From Anaerolineales bacterium (GTDB lineage: Bacteria > Chloroflexota > Anaerolineae > Anaerolineales > Villigracilaceae), in contig JBJKOR010000567.1 of assembly GCA_046707185.1 (NCBI GenBank), forward strand, positions 1 to 47,598: a stretch of DNA of 47,598 nucleotides, in the 5' to 3' direction. Each line of letters starts with the position of its first letter. Position 1 is the stretch's first letter. The position numbers and the translations under genes are program-made. Below the pieces are notes generated by a model that had not been told where the DNA came from, made no database searches, and saw only the letters and a list, made by a program, of their open reading frames with translations. This document shows positions 45,408 through 47,598 of this stretch, in pieces.

Positions 45408-45854
45408 ATGTTCGCGACAAAACGCGTATTATTTCTTTGCACAGGGAACTCAGCTCGCAGCCAGATGGCCGAGGCGTTTTTACGGAAATACGGCGGCGAT
45501 AAGTTTGAAGCGCATAGCGCTGGTTTGGAACCGAAAGAGCTAAATCCGCTCACCGTTAAGGTGATGAATGAAGTTGGCATAGATGTTTCCAAGCAGCGTT
45601 CCAAAGGCGTCGGGGAATATCTCGGCAAAGTTCTATTTCAGTACCTGATTACCGTCTGCGACGATGCTGACAAAAACTGCCCCACCACTTGGCCCGGGGC
45701 ATCCAAGCGTATGCACTGGTCATTCGAGGATCCTGCCGCGTTCATTGGAACGGATGAAGAGAAACTCGCCAAGTTTCGCCAAATACGTGACCAAATCGAA
45801 AGAAGAGTCCAAGACTGGCTGGCGGAACCGGCATCGAGTTCCAAAATAGAATAA
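45408..45854 (+). CDS. arsC: arsenate reductase, thioredoxin-coupled LMW-PTP family
   Basis: CX5R P-loop LFLCTGNSARSQMAE. Downstream Cys pair in ITVCDDADKNCP. Start preferred at ATG 45408 (GGAGAGA upstream) over GTG 45381. Confidence 0.9.
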   Translation: MFATKRVLFLCTGNSARSQMAEAFLRKYGGDKFEAHSAGLEPKELNPLTVKVMNEVGIDVSKQRSKGVGEYLGKVLFQYLITVCDDADKNCPTTWPGASKRMHWSFEDPAAFIGTDEEKLAKFRQIRDQIERRVQDWLAEPASSSKIE

Positions 45855-46029
45855 GGATCTTTTGCTGTTGATAGATGGGGTACCCAACATTATACCCAAA
45901 GCATCAGCTGTCGGTTTGTTCACCGCTAGTAGTTGCTGCGATTTTTATCTTTTCTTCTTGGTTTTGATTTCGTTATTGAATGAAGGTAACAGCCCGCTTT
46001 CAGCGGCGGGCTGATTGCTGGGCAGAGAG

Positions 46030-46266
46030 TTACTTTTGTTCAGCACTCACCTTTTCGATTTCGGCATTGATCTCATCCAGGCGAGCTTCAAGCCGCGTTT
46101 TGATGGCCTCCAACCAGGATTTGCGTTCCTTGGGCGTTGACTGCGACTCATCATCCCAATCCCCGTATCGCGCCCACGGCGGACCAAAATCCCGCCTGCC
46201 TGAATGGCAGCCCCGACCGCGTCCCTGCCCACAACCACAGTCATTCTGATAGAAACGTCCGTGCAT
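46030..46266 (-). CDS. DUF5320-like small protein (Cys/Gly/Arg-rich N-terminus, coiled-coil C-terminus)
   Basis: GGAGGTG RBS. MHGRFYQNDCGCGQGRGRGCHSGRR... followed by a helical ERKSWLEAIKTRLEARLDEINAEIEKV segment. Family recalled from memory. Confidence 0.65.
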   Translation of the reverse strand: MHGRFYQNDCGCGQGRGRGCHSGRRDFGPPWARYGDWDDESQSTPKERKSWLEAIKTRLEARLDEINAEIEKVSAEQK

Positions 46267-46290
46267 GGTTCACCTCCGTTTGTGAACTGG

Positions 46291-46312
46291 TTTATTCGAT
46301 ATATCGAATAAA
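46291..46312. promoter_or_regulatory. perfect 22-bp palindrome TTTATTCGATATATCGAATAAA, candidate ArsR-family operator
   Basis: Read directly. Lies 25 nt upstream of the DUF5320 ATG, between a TTGAGT -35-like hexamer and the RBS. Confidence 0.55.
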
Positions 46313-46326
46313 CTCAAATAAAAAAT

Positions 46327-46716
46327 TTAAGGCTGACAACGCGGACAGTGACAGCCACCTCGACCACGTCGCCCACGATGACGTCCCCAATGCTGCGGGA
46401 ATTCTGCTTCGAGTGCTACGCGATCTCCAACGCCATACAATGAATCCATCAGCGATGTCAAACCGGAAGCGCTCAAACGATAGAACACTGTCATCCCCTC
46501 CCGCTCTGCCTGCACCAAGCCGGCCTCGCGCAACACCATCAAATGCTGTGAGAGGTTCGCTTGAGGTCGGCCCAGCATATTGGCAATGTGCATGAAATAA
46601 GCGCCGTTCTTGCCGAGAACTTCCAAGATTTGCAGGCGCACCGGATGCGCCAATGCTTGCGCGATCAGCGCGGCGCGGTCTGCTACTTCGGGATGGTCAA
46701 AAAAGGAGGATGTCAT
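46327..46716 (-). CDS. ArsR/SmtB-family metalloregulator with Cys/His/Arg-rich C-terminal tail
   Basis: HPVRLQILEVL...IANMLGRPQANLSQHLMVLREAGLV winged HTH. Tail is RHRGRRGRGGCHCPRCQP. Confidence 0.9.
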   Translation of the reverse strand: MTSSFFDHPEVADRAALIAQALAHPVRLQILEVLGKNGAYFMHIANMLGRPQANLSQHLMVLREAGLVQAEREGMTVFYRLSASGLTSLMDSLYGVGDRVALEAEFPQHWGRHRGRRGRGGCHCPRCQP

Positions 46717-46726
46717 CGTGTGACCT

Positions 46727-46744
46727 TATTCGATATAGCGAATA
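46727..46744. promoter_or_regulatory. second copy of the operator-like palindrome (TATTCGATATAGCGAATA)
   Basis: Same TATTCG-N6-CGAATA arms as 46291-46312. Lies 11 nt upstream of the arsR ATG. Confidence 0.5.
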
Positions 46745-46819
46745 TACTACGACGCTTACTACTTGTCAAGGATAGGGGTTCAATCCTGCAAACCATAACG
46801 CGCGGATGAGTGTGATATT

Positions 46820-47598
46820 TCAAGCCCGAGCAGTTGAAAGATTTGCGCCCTGCCCGCAAGCTTCACACTCAAATTGGATGGTAGTGTGTTCGATGCCAAA
46901 TTTCGAAAGACAGCTTTTCAGTTCCGCCATGATGCGATTGCCATCATTCAGGGTCTGATTCATAGTGACGACATGCGCGCTGAGCGCGATGTTCCCTGAA
47001 CACAGACTCCACACATGCAGGTCATGCACATTCAATACCCCGGCAACACTTGCCATGCTGTGATTGACCTTCTCCATGGAAAGCCCTTCGGGAAAACCTT
47101 CCACCAGGATGTGCAGAGAACTCTTTAGCACACGCCAGGAACTAACCAGAATCAGAACGCCGATGAAAACGCTCATTAGCGGATCCACCCACTGCCAGCC
47201 GGTGAGCCAGATCACGCCCGCGGCTACAATCACACCAAGTGTTGCGACCACATCGCCGAGTACGTGTAAAAATGCACTGTGGATGTTTAAGTCCTCGCGC
47301 TCGTTTTCATCTTTGCCTTCTTCGTGCTCATGACCGTGTCTGCCGAGAACGAAGGTGATGATCAGATTGACAACCAAGCCGATAGAAGCGATGGCCATGG
47401 TCTCCACGCTTTTGATAACCTGTGGATTCTGCCAACGCTGCCAGGATTCGGTGAAGATCTCGATTGCGATGATAACTAGAGAGACACCATTGACCAGCGC
47501 AGCCAGCACTTCCATGCGATGATAGCCATAACTATGGCGGTCATTCGGAGGGAGAGCGGAGAGGCGCAGGGCAAGATAACTCAAACCGAGGGCAAGGA
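46820..47598 (-). CDS. cation diffusion facilitator (CzcD/ZitB-like) transporter, N-terminus outside the window
   Basis: SYGYHRMEVLAAL and HVLGDVVATLGVIVAAGVIW motifs. His/acid-rich loop GRHGHEHEEGKDENERED. The reading frame stays open to the window edge. Confidence 0.9.
   Translation of the reverse strand, partial: LALGLSYLALRLSALPPNDRHSYGYHRMEVLAALVNGVSLVIIAIEIFTESWQRWQNPQVIKSVETMAIASIGLVVNLIITFVLGRHGHEHEEGKDENEREDLNIHSAFLHVLGDVVATLGVIVAAGVIWLTGWQWVDPLMSVFIGVLILVSSWRVLKSSLHILVEGFPEGLSMEKVNHSMASVAGVLNVHDLHVWSLCSGNIALSAHVVTMNQTLNDGNRIMAELKSCLSKFGIEHTTIQFECEACGQGANLSTARA

Noticed and set aside
45990-46013. GC hairpin CAGCCCGC-N8-GCGGGCTG between arsC and DUF5320 as a terminator
   Set aside because: The stem is only 8 bp and no T-run follows on either strand, so support is too weak.
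1-47598. Search for tRNA, integrase, transposase or CRISPR that could explain the island and repeats
   Set aside because: I recognised none by eye in any frame. Absence cannot be proven without tRNAscan or HMM runs.

Overview
This 47.6-kb window looks like it comes from an environmental bacterium. Gene content is compatible with a Chloroflexota/Anaerolineae-like organism, but I cannot verify that without a search. All family calls below come from motifs read by eye in the supplied translations.

Layout:
(1) 1-3.7 kb is a high-GC flank. It carries membrane proteins, an HtrA-like protease coupled to an atypical LuxR regulator, and a SET-domain protein.
(2) 3.8-34.4 kb is a visibly lower-GC, ~30-kb Wzx/Wzy-type glycan (EPS/O-antigen-like) cluster of about 27 genes. 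Almost all are on the + strand and many overlap by ATGA/TAATG. It encodes a Wzz/BY-kinase-like protein, a priming sugar transferase, a WbpB/D/E-like triad, a CapK-like ligase and a sulfotransferase. It also encodes Wzy, Wzx, a cytoplasmic heparinase II/III-fold protein, 5-6 glycosyltransferases and deacetylases. A WbpG-like amidotransferase, a DUF362 protein, a FemAB-like protein and a terminal beta-helix lipoprotein complete it. A 94-bp direct repeat brackets the cluster. One copy is the 3' end of an intact radical-SAM gene; the other is an orphan fragment 30.6 kb away. This is an island-like signature, but no integrase is visible.
(3) 34.4-40.4 kb holds the radical-SAM DNA-repair-type gene and an OmpR/HK two-component system. 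Divergent from that system is an operon encoding a Q-rich secreted protein, a TM/STP-rich ORF, ApbE and a di-heme ferric-reductase-like membrane protein. The TM ORF and ApbE share a frame and are separated only by a TAG codon.
(4) 40.7-45.3 kb holds an NB-ARC/TPR STAND NTPase with three near-identical 120-bp internal repeats. It also holds a two-gene operon of unknown function, a cluster of nested palindromic REP/MITE-like elements, and four iteron-like direct repeats.
(5) 45.4-47.6 kb is a metal module: arsC, DUF5320, arsR with two matching operator palindromes, and a 5'-truncated CDF transporter.

I recognised no rRNA, tRNA, CRISPR array, transposase or integrase.
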